Numbered from the stretch's first letter, positions 52,053 through 62,179 are shown. The stretch: DNA of 64,000 nucleotides from an uncultured Clostridia bacterium (GCA_947628825.1 CANRBH010000001.1:28853-92852), one strand, 5' to 3'. Numbers and translations: made by a program. The notes: generated from the sequence alone by a model not told the origin.

Positions 52053-53030
52053 ATATTTATTTTAAACGAAGAAACAATTGATTATTACCTGAAACGAAAG
52101 AGAAAAATAAACATATTCAAAATATTAACTATTTCAATAATAATTGCAGTATGCACGATTTTTATTAAATTTAAACCAGCATATGCTGTAACACTAGGAA
52201 ATGAAGAAATAGGATATATAAATAATAGAACAGAGGTACAAGAAGTAATTGAAAGTGATATATTAAAATCAAGCGATGAAAGTGTAGCATTTGTTACAAT
52301 AGATGATGTAAGCTTTAATTTCGAATTTGTTGATAGAACTTTAGTAAATGATGACACGGTTATAAGTAAAATAAAAGAAAGTTCTAAAAACATTTATTCT
52401 GTATATGAAGTATCAGATGGAAATGAAGAAAATGCAGTATATGTAAATACACTTGAAGAAGCAGAAAATCTTGTAAGTACATTAAAAAATGATTATAATG
52501 AAATAAACCCAAGTTTAAAGATTACTACTTTATATTTAGAAGAAACAATATCAGAAGATGCAATTAAACAAGCTAAATCTAAAATTACAGAAGATTTACA
52601 AAATCAATTAGAAGAAAAGCATAAAAGAGATAAAAGAACTGTAAATGGTATATACTTAGCATCTTTACCACTTAAAAGTGGAACTATATCTTCAAGATAT
52701 GGAAGTAGAGAAAGTATAAGAGATCATGCTCATGGTGGTCTAGATTTAGCAACAAGTTATGGCAGTCCAATTATGGCTGTAGCAGATGGCACAGTTAAAT
52801 TTGCCGGAGTAAGTGGAGGATATGGTAACCTAGTTATTATAGAACATGGAAATGGTGTTGAAACATATTATGGACACTGTAGTTCAATAACAACTAAAGT
52901 TGGAACTCAAGTAAAAGCAGGAGATGTTATAGCAAAAGTAGGTTCAACAGGTAACTCAACAGGAAATCATTTACATTTTGAAATAAGAATAAATGGTGTG
53001 TCTGTTAACCCGCAAAAATATATTTATTAA
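52053..53030 (+). CDS. M23-family metallo-endopeptidase with an N-terminal signal anchor; apparent non-canonical (ATA/ATT) start (5' coordinate approximate, +/-2).
   Basis: The table lists only the last 85 aa (52773..53030, HGNGVETYYGHCS...GNHLHFE). The same frame stays open back to a TGA at ~52050 and encodes YYLKRKRK + TM (ILTISIIIAVCTIFIKF), a long linker, and the HxxxD (RDHAHGGLD) and HLH M23 motifs. No in-frame ATG/GTG/TTG lies upstream of 52773. AAAGGAG sits 5-11 nt before the in-frame ATA/ATT codons. Confidence 0.6.
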   Translation: MFILNEETIDYYLKRKRKINIFKILTISIIIAVCTIFIKFKPAYAVTLGNEEIGYINNRTEVQEVIESDILKSSDESVAFVTIDDVSFNFEFVDRTLVNDDTVISKIKESSKNIYSVYEVSDGNEENAVYVNTLEEAENLVSTLKNDYNEINPSLKITTLYLEETISEDAIKQAKSKITEDLQNQLEEKHKRDKRTVNGIYLASLPLKSGTISSRYGSRESIRDHAHGGLDLATSYGSPIMAVADGTVKFAGVSGGYGNLVIIEHGNGVETYYGHCSSITTKVGTQVKAGDVIAKVGSTGNSTGNHLHFEIRINGVSVNPQKYIY

Positions 53031-53300
53031 AAAATAAAACAGTAGAATTTTAGGTTCTACTGTTTTATTTTTTATTAGCCTTTGACAAAGATTTTTTTAT
53101 AGTATAAATAAAAGTAAGCAACATTTAAGTTACTTACTTGAAAATAAAAGGGGATGTATTTTTGTTTTAATCAGTAATTGGAGTAACTTAATTACTGATT
53201 ATAATAATATTATAGTTATGAAGTTTGTCCATTGTGTGAACTTGATGTGATATATTTGAAAAAAGAGACGAAATTTTTTTATTCGCCCCTTTATAATTTA

Positions 53301-54542
53301 CTAAGGTTGTTCTGATAAAGTAACAGTTAATTCTTTTTCATTTCCGTCTCTAGAAATAGTTAAAGTCATTGTATCTCCTATATTATGTGTGTTTTTTATT
53401 TCATTTAAATCATCCATAGTCTTAACTTCTTTTCCATCAGCTTTAATAATAATATCACCTATTTTTAAACCGGCTTTTTCAGCAGGAGAATAATCTTCTA
53501 CACCTCTTACATAAGCACCAATAACAAGTTTTGCAGTAGGATTATTTTTTATAATTGAGTCTGTAATATCACTTCCTGTTATACCAATATAAGGTCTTTT
53601 AACTTTATTATATTGTATCAAGTCTGATGTAATTGATTTAGTAGAGTTAATTGGAATAGCGAATCCCAAACCTTCAACTCCTGTACCAGATGCTTTTAAT
53701 GTATTTATACCAATTACTTGACCTTTGCTATTAACTAAAGCACCTCCACTATTTCCTTCATTTATTGCAGCATCAGTTTGAACAAGGACAAAAGAATTTC
53801 CATCTGAATCAGTTATTTTTCTATTTAAAGCACTAATAGAACCAGAGGTAACACTACTTTGCATTCCTAAAGGATTACCAATAGCCATACACCATTCACC
53901 AACTTGAAGACTATCTGAATCACCTAATTCAGCAGCAGTTAATCCGCTTTTATCTATTTTTATAATTGCTAAATCTGTCTGCTCATCTGTACCAATTACT
54001 TTTGCTTCATAAGTTGTGTCATCATTGTATAAAGAAACAGTAATTGTAGAGGCTTCACCAACAGTATAAAAAGAACTTGATGAATTTGAAGATGAACTAA
54101 TAACGTGGTTATTAGTCAATATATAACCATCTTCACTTATTATAACACCCGAACCTTCAGCTGTTGCTGTAGATGTTGCTCTTGAAAAAATTGTACTTAC
54201 TGAATATTGAACTCTGATTCCTACTATTGAAGGAAGTACCTTTTGAGCTACATAGGTACCTGTATCAGAAAAACTTGATAAAGATAACATATTTGTATTT
54301 ACATTATTATAATTTATACCAGATTGGCTGTATATTGGAGTGGTGTTATTGGTTCCTAATAAGTTATTTTTTACGTAAGGAACATTTAAACAAACGCCTA
54401 ATAACACACCTGCACCAACTACCCCACTGATAAATGGTACTACTATATTTCTACCAAAGCTATATCCATTTTGTGACTTTGGAGTTTTTACATTTTTATT
54501 TTCTGAAGCTTTAACTTCAACAAAGTTTTTATTTTCTTCCAT
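53301..54542 (-). CDS. htrA: HtrA/DegP-family serine protease (trypsin-like + PDZ).
   Basis: TM anchor; catalytic triad context TNNHVI, DLAIIKI, GNSGGALVN; C-terminal PDZ domain. Confidence 0.85.
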   Translation of the reverse strand: MEENKNFVEVKASENKNVKTPKSQNGYSFGRNIVVPFISGVVGAGVLLGVCLNVPYVKNNLLGTNNTTPIYSQSGINYNNVNTNMLSLSSFSDTGTYVAQKVLPSIVGIRVQYSVSTIFSRATSTATAEGSGVIISEDGYILTNNHVISSSSNSSSSFYTVGEASTITVSLYNDDTTYEAKVIGTDEQTDLAIIKIDKSGLTAAELGDSDSLQVGEWCMAIGNPLGMQSSVTSGSISALNRKITDSDGNSFVLVQTDAAINEGNSGGALVNSKGQVIGINTLKASGTGVEGLGFAIPINSTKSITSDLIQYNKVKRPYIGITGSDITDSIIKNNPTAKLVIGAYVRGVEDYSPAEKAGLKIGDIIIKADGKEVKTMDDLNEIKNTHNIGDTMTLTISRDGNEKELTVTLSEQP

Positions 54543-54840
54543 GATTTTCTCTCATATAATGAATGTATAACACTATATGAAACTCCTTTCTGATTAAAAT
54601 TTTATATTATTATGATACTACGAAATTGTGAAAAAAATGTGAAAAAGCTGTTACATTTTAGTTACATTTTTTATTGTACCCCATATAATCGTTGATAGAA
54701 AATCAAAGATTTTGGCAACGATTTATAACTATATACTTGAATATTATTATAAAATATTATATAAGTAAAGTAGAATTACAAAATAAATATATTTAAGGAA
54801 TTGGAGGATATGTTAGATTAAAACTAACATAGTTAGTAAA

Positions 54841-55290
54841 ATGAAAAATGAAAATGGTCTAGGAATTATAGCAATAATTATAATAATTTTTATAATAGCA
54901 GGTTTAATTACAGGTGCTGTTTTGTATATTAACAAGAGTTTAGATACAGAAAAAAATGAAGATATAAAGGCAAATATGCTTTTAATACAAGGAGCAACAA
55001 GAGTATTAAAGCAAAATTCAATAGTCCAAAAAAATACGGATATGTTTGTTGGAACCAAACTATCAGAAATACAAGATGATGAGATAATCAATAATTTTAA
55101 AACTTTGAATATCATAGAAGAAAGCCAATATGAAAAGTATTATTGTCTAAATAACGAAAATCTAAAACAATTAAATATAGATGTAGAGAATGAAGAAGGC
55201 TCATATTATCTAGTAAATTATGATGAAGATATAATTATAATTACTAAGGGTTATGAAGGAAAATATAAACTTTCAGAAATAAGTGAATAA
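54841..55290 (+). CDS. hypothetical membrane-anchored protein.
   Basis: N-terminal hydrophobic helix; no domain recognised. Confidence 0.35.
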   Translation: MKNENGLGIIAIIIIIFIIAGLITGAVLYINKSLDTEKNEDIKANMLLIQGATRVLKQNSIVQKNTDMFVGTKLSEIQDDEIINNFKTLNIIEESQYEKYYCLNNENLKQLNIDVENEEGSYYLVNYDEDIIIITKGYEGKYKLSEISE

Positions 55291-55406
55291 ATAATAAGAA
55301 TTCGAAGAAGCGAAAAAATAAGTTTTTTAAAAAGAACTAAATGAAAAAATGGAAAAGTAGAAATCAATTTTTTATACTTTTAAAGTAAAAAAGAAGGGAA
55401 TGAAAT

Positions 55407-56045
55407 TTGAAAGAAAAAGAAGAAGAAAGATTAAATAATTTAAAAAAGTTTGAGCAAAACCTTTATAACGAGGGATATAAATTTATTTGCGGAATAGATG
55501 AAGCAGGAAGAGGACCACTAGCTGGTCCCGTTGTAGTTGGAGCAGTTGTAATGAAACCTGATTCTAAAATAGAATGGGTAAATGATTCTAAAAAAGTTAC
55601 AGAAAAAAGGAGAGAAATACTTTATGATAAAATTACAGAAGAAGCTCTAGCTTGGGGAGTAGGAATAGTATCTGAAAAAGATATTGATGAAATGAATATC
55701 TTAAATGCTACTAAAAAAGGACTTCATATTGCACTTGGAGAAGTTATAGAAAAATTAAAAACAAAACCAGATATAGTTATAACAGATGCTCTAAGAGAAA
55801 TTGATACATATAATATTCCATATCAATCTATAATTAAAGGAGATGCAACTTGTTATAGCATTTCGTGTGCCTCAATTATAGCAAAGGTTACAAGAGATAG
55901 AATTATGAGAGAGTGGGATGAAGTGTATCCTGAATATGGTTTTAATTCTCATAAGGGATATGGTACAGCTAAGCATATTGAAGCTATTAAAAAATATGGA
56001 CCAACGCCAATACACAGAAAAACTTTTATAACACATTTTATATAG
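55407..56045 (+). CDS. rnhB: ribonuclease HII (TTG start).
   Basis: ICGIDEAGRGPLAGPVV catalytic motif. Confidence 0.85.
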   Translation: MKEKEEERLNNLKKFEQNLYNEGYKFICGIDEAGRGPLAGPVVVGAVVMKPDSKIEWVNDSKKVTEKRREILYDKITEEALAWGVGIVSEKDIDEMNILNATKKGLHIALGEVIEKLKTKPDIVITDALREIDTYNIPYQSIIKGDATCYSISCASIIAKVTRDRIMREWDEVYPEYGFNSHKGYGTAKHIEAIKKYGPTPIHRKTFITHFI

Positions 56046-56090
56046 GAGAGCTTATAGTTTTTAGAAGGAAAAATTAGGAGGAAAATTAAA

Positions 56091-57344
56091 TTGAATATAC
56101 AAGAGATTATAGCTAAAAAAAGAGATAAATTAGAACTTTCTAAAGAAGAAATCGAATATTTTATAAATGGTTATACAAAAGGAGAAATTACTGATTATCA
56201 AGCATCAGCTTTGGTAATGGCAATATATATAAATGGAATGAATGATAGAGAAACCACTGATTTAACATTAGCAATGGCTTATTCGGGAGATGTTTTAGAC
56301 TTATCTAGTTTAGGTGAAGTTGTTGATAAACATAGTACAGGTGGAGTAGGTGATAAGATAACTTTAGTACTTATGCCAGTTATAGCATCTCTAGGAATTC
56401 CTGTTGCAAAAATGTCAGGGAGAGGTTTGGGATTTACTGGAGGAACTATTGACAAGTTAGAATCTATTCCGGGATATAATACATCTATTTCAATAGATGT
56501 ATTTATGGAAAATGTAAAGAAACATGGAATAAGTTTAATGGGACAGACATTAAATTTAGCACCAGCTGATAAAAAAATTTATGCTCTAAGAGATACTATA
56601 GCTTGTACAGAAAGTATTCCTTTAATTGCCTCAAGTATTATGAGTAAAAAAATTGCAGCAGGAGCTAACAAAATAGTTATAGATGTTACATGCGGAAGCG
56701 GAGCTTTTATGAAAACAAGAGAAGACGCTGAAAAGCTAGCCAATATAATGACATCTATTGGAAGATTAGCTAATAAAGAAACAGTATGTATAATTACACC
56801 AATGGATGAACCAGTAGGATATGCAGTTGGAAATACTTTGGAAGTAATTGAAGCGGTAGATATTCTAAAAAATAAATATATGCCTGAAGATGTTAAGAAC
56901 ATCATAGAAGAACTTGGTGCAAATATGTTACTATTAGCAGGAAAAATTTCTAACATAGAAGATGGAAAAAATTTAATTATAGAAAATATAAAAAATGGCA
57001 AAGCATACAGTAAGTTCTTAGAACTTATTAGTAATCAAGGTGGAGATATTTCATATATAGAAGATACTGATAAATTTGAAAGGGCAAAATATATCGTTCC
57101 AATAAAAGCAAGTAAATCAGGAAAAATAATTAGTTTAGATGCTTTAAATATTGGAAAACTTTCTTGTTACTTAGGAGCAGGAAGAGAGAAAAAAGAAGAT
57201 AGCATAAATCCAAGAGTTGGTTTTGTATTTACTAAAAAGGTAGGTTCATTAGTTACAGAAGGAGAAGTTCTAGGATATATACATGCAGATGATGAACAAA
57301 AAGCAAATGAGATATTAAAGCAAGAAATATTTGTAATCGAATAA
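56091..57344 (+). CDS. pdp: pyrimidine-nucleoside (thymidine) phosphorylase (TTG start).
   Basis: HSTGGVGDKITLVL phosphate-binding motif and GRGLGFTGGTIDKLESIPG. Confidence 0.85.
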   Translation: MNIQEIIAKKRDKLELSKEEIEYFINGYTKGEITDYQASALVMAIYINGMNDRETTDLTLAMAYSGDVLDLSSLGEVVDKHSTGGVGDKITLVLMPVIASLGIPVAKMSGRGLGFTGGTIDKLESIPGYNTSISIDVFMENVKKHGISLMGQTLNLAPADKKIYALRDTIACTESIPLIASSIMSKKIAAGANKIVIDVTCGSGAFMKTREDAEKLANIMTSIGRLANKETVCIITPMDEPVGYAVGNTLEVIEAVDILKNKYMPEDVKNIIEELGANMLLLAGKISNIEDGKNLIIENIKNGKAYSKFLELISNQGGDISYIEDTDKFERAKYIVPIKASKSGKIISLDALNIGKLSCYLGAGREKKEDSINPRVGFVFTKKVGSLVTEGEVLGYIHADDEQKANEILKQEIFVIE

Positions 57345-57447
57345 ATGGAAAAAAATGTAAAAATATCTTGATAAATGTTAATGGATGATATATAATAATG
57401 AAGCCACTTCTATAGAGGTAAAACTTTATGAAGGGAGGTGAATATAT

Positions 57448-57543
57448 ATGTCAGGATACATGTTGGTATGGATTTTACTTCTTAAAATCGAAAGATTAGA
57501 AGAAGAAATAAAGAAATACCAAGAAGACAGCAACAAAAATTGA
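57448..57543 (+). CDS. 31-aa leader-like small ORF (MSGYMLVWILLLKIERLEEEIKKYQEDSNKN).
   Basis: Strong RBS GGGAGGTG 7 nt upstream; followed directly by a terminator hairpin; low confidence that it is translated. Confidence 0.3.
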   Translation: MSGYMLVWILLLKIERLEEEIKKYQEDSNKN

Positions 57544-57555
57544 TACATATCAATT

Positions 57556-57585
57556 CAGGACAGTTCTTCACCTGTCCTGTTTTTA
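57556..57585 (+). terminator. rho-independent terminator (caggacag-ttcttcac-ctgtcctg + TTTTT).
   Basis: Perfect 8-bp GC-containing stem followed by a U-run in the leader of the NrdD-like gene. Confidence 0.6.
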
Positions 57586-57765
57586 CAAAAAAAGATATGT
57601 GTCTTCACGCACATATCTAGTGAGTATAATGTCAGGATACATATTTACTCAAGCTAATAATATTATAACATCATATTTATTCAATGTCAATATTTGGATA
57701 AAACTTTTTGATTAATTTTTTTATATCTATGGTAAATAATTAAAAAAAATTGAGGAATTTGAAAA

Positions 57766-59838
57766 ATGGAAGAAAAGATAAATAATCTGATAGTAGTAAA
57801 AAGAGATGGAAAGAAAGTCTCATTTGATGGAACAAAAATTGCTATCGCAATAAAAAAAGGATTTGACAGTATTGAAGAAAAATACAACGAAGATGATGTA
57901 AATAAAGTTTATAATAAAGTAATTGAGAAGATTCTACAGTTAGACAAAGATAGAATAAAGATAGAAAATATACAAGACCTAATAGAACAACAACTAAAAG
58001 AAAACGGATATGAAGATGTATGCAATTCTTTTTCAGAATATAGAGAAAAGAGAGCCCAGTCAAGAGAAATATTTTTTGAAGAAAAAAGAAAACATAAATT
58101 TTTAAAGGCTTTAGAAAAACTTGGACTTAACACAAAAGAATCAGCTGAAAATATTGAAAGTACAAAAAATGCAATACAAACTGTTGAAGCATATGGAACA
58201 ACAGTATCAGAAGAATTTACAACATCATATTTAATGAAGAAAAAATTTTCTAATGAACATGAAAATGGAGATATATTTATAAATAACTTAGAATTTTACC
58301 CAATGGGAACGACTGAAAGCATGCAAATAAATATTGAAAAATTATTTGCAGATGGTTTCTCAACAGAAAATAGTTCAATGAGGGAACCACAGAGCATATT
58401 GTCTTATGCAATGCTTACAATTATAGCTCTTTCAGAAACACAAAAAGATCAAAGTGGAGAGCAAGGAATACCATCATTTGATTATTATATGTCGCCAGGA
58501 GTTTTAAGAACTTTTAAAAAAGAATTTAGACAAACTGTATATGACATATTAGAATATACTGATTATGATAAATTCATTGCTATAAACGGTATTGAAAGAG
58601 AGATAGACAAGCTTAATACTATTGATTTTAACATAGAGGAATTTTATAAGTTTACAAGAGATGCAGAAGAACTTAAGAGAATGTTTAGAATTGTATATTC
58701 AAAGGCATTGGAAAAAACTAATAAAATTGTTTATCAATCTATGGAGGCATTTATACATAATTTAAATAGTATATGTAACACAAAATTAACAACAATAAAT
58801 CTTGGAACTGACACATCAGCAGAAGGAAGAATGATTATAAAAAATTTCCTACTAGCATTAGAAGATGGTGTTGGCGAGAATAAAGAAGCAATTTCTCCGA
58901 TAGTTGTATTTAAAGTAAAAAGTGGAGTAAACTTTGAAGACAATACACCAAATCATGATTTATTAGAATTAGCTTGTAAGCTAGTCAAAGAAGATAGAAA
59001 AGTAACATTTTCAAATTTAGATGCACAATTTAATGCACAGTTTTATAAAGAGGGAGATTTTGATACAGAAGTAGCATATTTAAGAAATGGCTCAAGAGTA
59101 ATTGACAATGTCATAGATAGTGATAAGCAGATTTCATCTGGAAGAGGAGTGCTTTCATCAACAACAATAAATCTTCCAAGAATAGCTTTAAAACATAAAG
59201 AAAATATTGAAGAATTTTTTGTTGAATTAGAAGCAAAAGCTGAATTAGTGAAAGACCAACTTTTAGAAAGATTAGAGATCCAGGGTAATAAAAAGGTTAA
59301 TAACTTTCCTTTTATAATGAAGGAAAATCTATGGATAGATTCAGAAAAATTAAAGGAAGATGATAAAGTAAAAAAGATATTAAAACAAGGAAACTTAAAG
59401 ATTTCATTTTTAGGCTTAAATGAATGTCTAATAGCTTTAGTAGGAAAGAATCAAGAAGAAAGTAAAAAAGCACAAGAACTAGGAATAAAAATTGTATCTA
59501 AGTTAAGAGAAAAAATAGATGATTTTTCTAAAAAGTATAATCTTACATTTACTTTAGCAGGAGAATATAATGAAGAAAATGCAAAAGAATTTATAGAACT
59601 TGATAGAGTGATATTTGGAAGAATTAAAAATATAACAGATAAAGAAAGCTATACACTATCATTTGAATTGCCAGAAGGAACTGATTGTGATAAAAAGGTA
59701 AAGGTTGAAGCACCATATCATGAATATACAGATGGCGGACACTTAACTGTTATTGAAACCAAGGATGTAGAAAATGCTATAAAAGAAATGCATAAGAACG
59801 AAATAGGATACTTGAAAGTAATCTATAAAGAAAATTAG
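57766..59838 (+). CDS. NrdD-like (class III ribonucleotide reductase family) protein with an N-terminal ATP-cone, apparently lacking the catalytic residues and the glycyl-radical/Zn-ribbon C-terminus.
   Basis: ATP-cone (LIVVKRDGKKVSFDGTKIAIAIKKGF); NrdD core blocks TTINLPRIALKH and VEAPYHEYTDGGH; ENGDIFINNLEFY in place of the NrdD ERGDIHYHDLDY-type motif; no Cys at the thiyl positions; no CxxC pairs or RVCGY; terminator directly after the stop. Confidence 0.55.
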   Translation: MEEKINNLIVVKRDGKKVSFDGTKIAIAIKKGFDSIEEKYNEDDVNKVYNKVIEKILQLDKDRIKIENIQDLIEQQLKENGYEDVCNSFSEYREKRAQSREIFFEEKRKHKFLKALEKLGLNTKESAENIESTKNAIQTVEAYGTTVSEEFTTSYLMKKKFSNEHENGDIFINNLEFYPMGTTESMQINIEKLFADGFSTENSSMREPQSILSYAMLTIIALSETQKDQSGEQGIPSFDYYMSPGVLRTFKKEFRQTVYDILEYTDYDKFIAINGIEREIDKLNTIDFNIEEFYKFTRDAEELKRMFRIVYSKALEKTNKIVYQSMEAFIHNLNSICNTKLTTINLGTDTSAEGRMIIKNFLLALEDGVGENKEAISPIVVFKVKSGVNFEDNTPNHDLLELACKLVKEDRKVTFSNLDAQFNAQFYKEGDFDTEVAYLRNGSRVIDNVIDSDKQISSGRGVLSSTTINLPRIALKHKENIEEFFVELEAKAELVKDQLLERLEIQGNKKVNNFPFIMKENLWIDSEKLKEDDKVKKILKQGNLKISFLGLNECLIALVGKNQEESKKAQELGIKIVSKLREKIDDFSKKYNLTFTLAGEYNEENAKEFIELDRVIFGRIKNITDKESYTLSFELPEGTDCDKKVKVEAPYHEYTDGGHLTVIETKDVENAIKEMHKNEIGYLKVIYKEN

Positions 59839-59948
59839 TATTGAATAAACTTTGCAAAAAAGCAAAAAAATAAGTGCAGAGAACAAAACTTCTGCATTTA
59901 TTTTTTATAATATGATAATTAAATTGGCATATACTTTTCAATTAAAAT

Positions 59949-60203
59949 TTACAAGTTTATTTTAGAACCATCAAAACTACTTTTTAAATCTGAAAATTCT
60001 TTTGTGTTTAAAAATCTATTTATATTTTTTATATTTATTCCAGAATGAAAAGCTAAACTTTCAGCACTTTCTGGAAGATCATTGTTTTCAATATAACTTC
60101 TTAATAAATTTTTATCCATCTCATCTTTAGATTTGCAATTAGGACAAACTGAATCTTCTGATGAAAAGAAACAACCACAACGAGCACATTTGTTGAAATT
60201 CAT
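59949..60203 (-). CDS. small zinc-ribbon protein (CxxC...CxxC).
   Basis: CARCGC...CPNC within the first 25 aa; otherwise uncharacterised. Confidence 0.4.
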   Translation of the reverse strand: MNFNKCARCGCFFSSEDSVCPNCKSKDEMDKNLLRSYIENNDLPESAESLAFHSGINIKNINRFLNTKEFSDLKSSFDGSKINL

Positions 60204-60496
60204 TGTTTTCCTCCTACTTGATTACTATGTGGTAATATTATCATATAATGTCAAAAAATTAAAGATAAGGAAGAAAAATTTAACATAAATGTAATATTTC
60301 AAGTTTACTATTATACAAATATTCAAAATGGAGGCAGGCAAATTTATCAAAAAGTATTGCAATTTCTTTATTTATTTGATATAATAACAAGCGTTGAAAA
60401 ATACACACACAGATAGAGTATAAAATTGATGCCTAAAAAGGTAGTTTTATATGTTGAAATTTGTGGAAGATTAAAAACAAAAAGGAGGAAGTAAAA

Positions 60497-61279
60497 ATGG
60501 CAGTAGTTGCAATGAAACAATTACTAGAAGCAGGTGTTCATTTTGGACATCAAACAAGAAGATGGGATCCAAGAATGGCTGAATATATATTCCAAGCTAG
60601 AAATGGTATCCATATCATCGATTTACAAAAGACATCTAAAAAATTAGATGAAGCTTACGAATTTATGAGAGAACAAGCAGAAGAAGGAAAGAGAATTTTA
60701 TTTGTAGGAACAAAGAAACAAGCTCAAGACTGCGTAAAAGAAGCAGCAGAGAAAAGTGGAATGTTCTATGTAAATGAAAGATGGTTAGGTGGAACTCTAA
60801 CAAACTTCAAAACAATTAGAAAAAGAATTGACAGACTTACAGAATTAGAAACAATGGAACAAGATGGAACATTTGATGTTTTACCTAAAAAAGAAGTTGT
60901 ATTATTAAGAAAAGAAATGGAAAAATTAAATAAGAACTTAGGTGGAATTAAAGAAATGACAGAGATTCCAGATGTTATATTCTTAGTTGATCCAAAGAAA
61001 GAGCATATTGCTGTTAAAGAAGCAAGAAAACTTAATATTCCAATTATAGGATTAGTTGATACAAACTGTGATCCTAATGATGTTGATTATGTTATTCCAG
61101 GAAATGACGATGCAATAAGAGCAGTTAAGTTAATAACAGATGTTATGGCTAATGCAATTATTGAAGGAAAACAAGGAGAAAGCTTAGATGGTGAAGAAGC
61201 TCAAGTTGTAGAAGAGCAAGATAATGAACCAGAAAGCATGGAAGAAGTAGTTGCATCAGAAGAAGATGCTAAAGAATAA
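60497..61279 (+). CDS. rpsB: 30S ribosomal protein S2.
   Basis: Start at the internal Met ([25 protein letters not shown]) with AAAGGAGG RBS; the upstream 60461 start is unlikely. Confidence 0.95.
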   Translation: MAVVAMKQLLEAGVHFGHQTRRWDPRMAEYIFQARNGIHIIDLQKTSKKLDEAYEFMREQAEEGKRILFVGTKKQAQDCVKEAAEKSGMFYVNERWLGGTLTNFKTIRKRIDRLTELETMEQDGTFDVLPKKEVVLLRKEMEKLNKNLGGIKEMTEIPDVIFLVDPKKEHIAVKEARKLNIPIIGLVDTNCDPNDVDYVIPGNDDAIRAVKLITDVMANAIIEGKQGESLDGEEAQVVEEQDNEPESMEEVVASEEDAKE

Positions 61280-61297
61280 ATTAAGGAGGATAAAGAT

Positions 61298-62179
61298 ATG
61301 ATTACTGCAGCTCAAGTTAAAGAGTTAAGAGAAAAAACAGGTGCAGGTATGATGGACTGCAAGAAAGTTTTAACTGAAACAGATGGAAATGAAGAAAAAG
61401 CTATTGAATTATTACGTGAAAGAGGAATAATGAAAGCAGCTAAGAAGTCTGATAGAATTGCAGCAGAAGGATTAGTAAATGCATATGTATCAGATGATAA
61501 AAAGGTTGGAGCATTAGTTGAAGTTAATGCAGAAACAGACTTTGTTGCTAAGAATACAGAATTCCAAGAGTTTGTAAAAAATGTTGTAAAACAAGTTGCA
61601 CTAAATAATCCAAAAGATGTAGAGGAATTATTAGCACAAAAATCTTTAGAAGATGCAAATCTTACAGTTCAAGAAGTTCTAACAAACAAAATTGCTACAA
61701 TTGGTGAGAACATGAACATTAGAAGATTTGTTAGATTTGAATCTGAAAATGGGATGATAGTAAGCTATATCCACGGAGAAGGAAAAATTGGTGTTCTAGT
61801 AGAATTAGAAGGTGCAGACGAAACAGTGGGAAAAGATGTTTGTATGCAAATAGCAGCAGCTAGACCAGAATTCTTAAGTGAAGCAGATGTGCCAGCTGAT
61901 AGATTAGAAAAAGAAAAAGAAATTCTAAAAGCACAAGTTGTAAATGAAGGAAAACCAGAAGCTGTTGCAGAGAAAATAGTAGCAGGAAGATTAGGAAAAT
62001 TCTATTCAGAAATATGCTTATTAAACCAAGAATTTGTTAAAGACCCAAGTAAAAAGGTTGGACAAATGGTTGAAGAAAAGAAAGGCAAAGTTGTTAAATT
62101 TGCAAGATTTGAAAAAGGAGAAGGCTTAGAAAAAAGAGAAGAAAACTTTGCAGAAGAAGTTGCAAAACAACTACAATAA
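61298..62179 (+). CDS. tsf: elongation factor Ts.
   Basis: MITAAQVKELREKTGAGMMDCKKVL UBA-like N-terminus and the conserved core. Confidence 0.95.
   Translation: MITAAQVKELREKTGAGMMDCKKVLTETDGNEEKAIELLRERGIMKAAKKSDRIAAEGLVNAYVSDDKKVGALVEVNAETDFVAKNTEFQEFVKNVVKQVALNNPKDVEELLAQKSLEDANLTVQEVLTNKIATIGENMNIRRFVRFESENGMIVSYIHGEGKIGVLVELEGADETVGKDVCMQIAAARPEFLSEADVPADRLEKEKEILKAQVVNEGKPEAVAEKIVAGRLGKFYSEICLLNQEFVKDPSKKVGQMVEEKKGKVVKFARFEKGEGLEKREENFAEEVAKQLQ

Noticed and set aside
53170-53200. Perfect 10-bp inverted repeat atcagtaatt...aattactgat and the adjacent acagtagaa...ttctactgt hairpin between the M23 peptidase gene and htrA.
   Set aside because: These are consistent with ordinary convergent-gene terminators.
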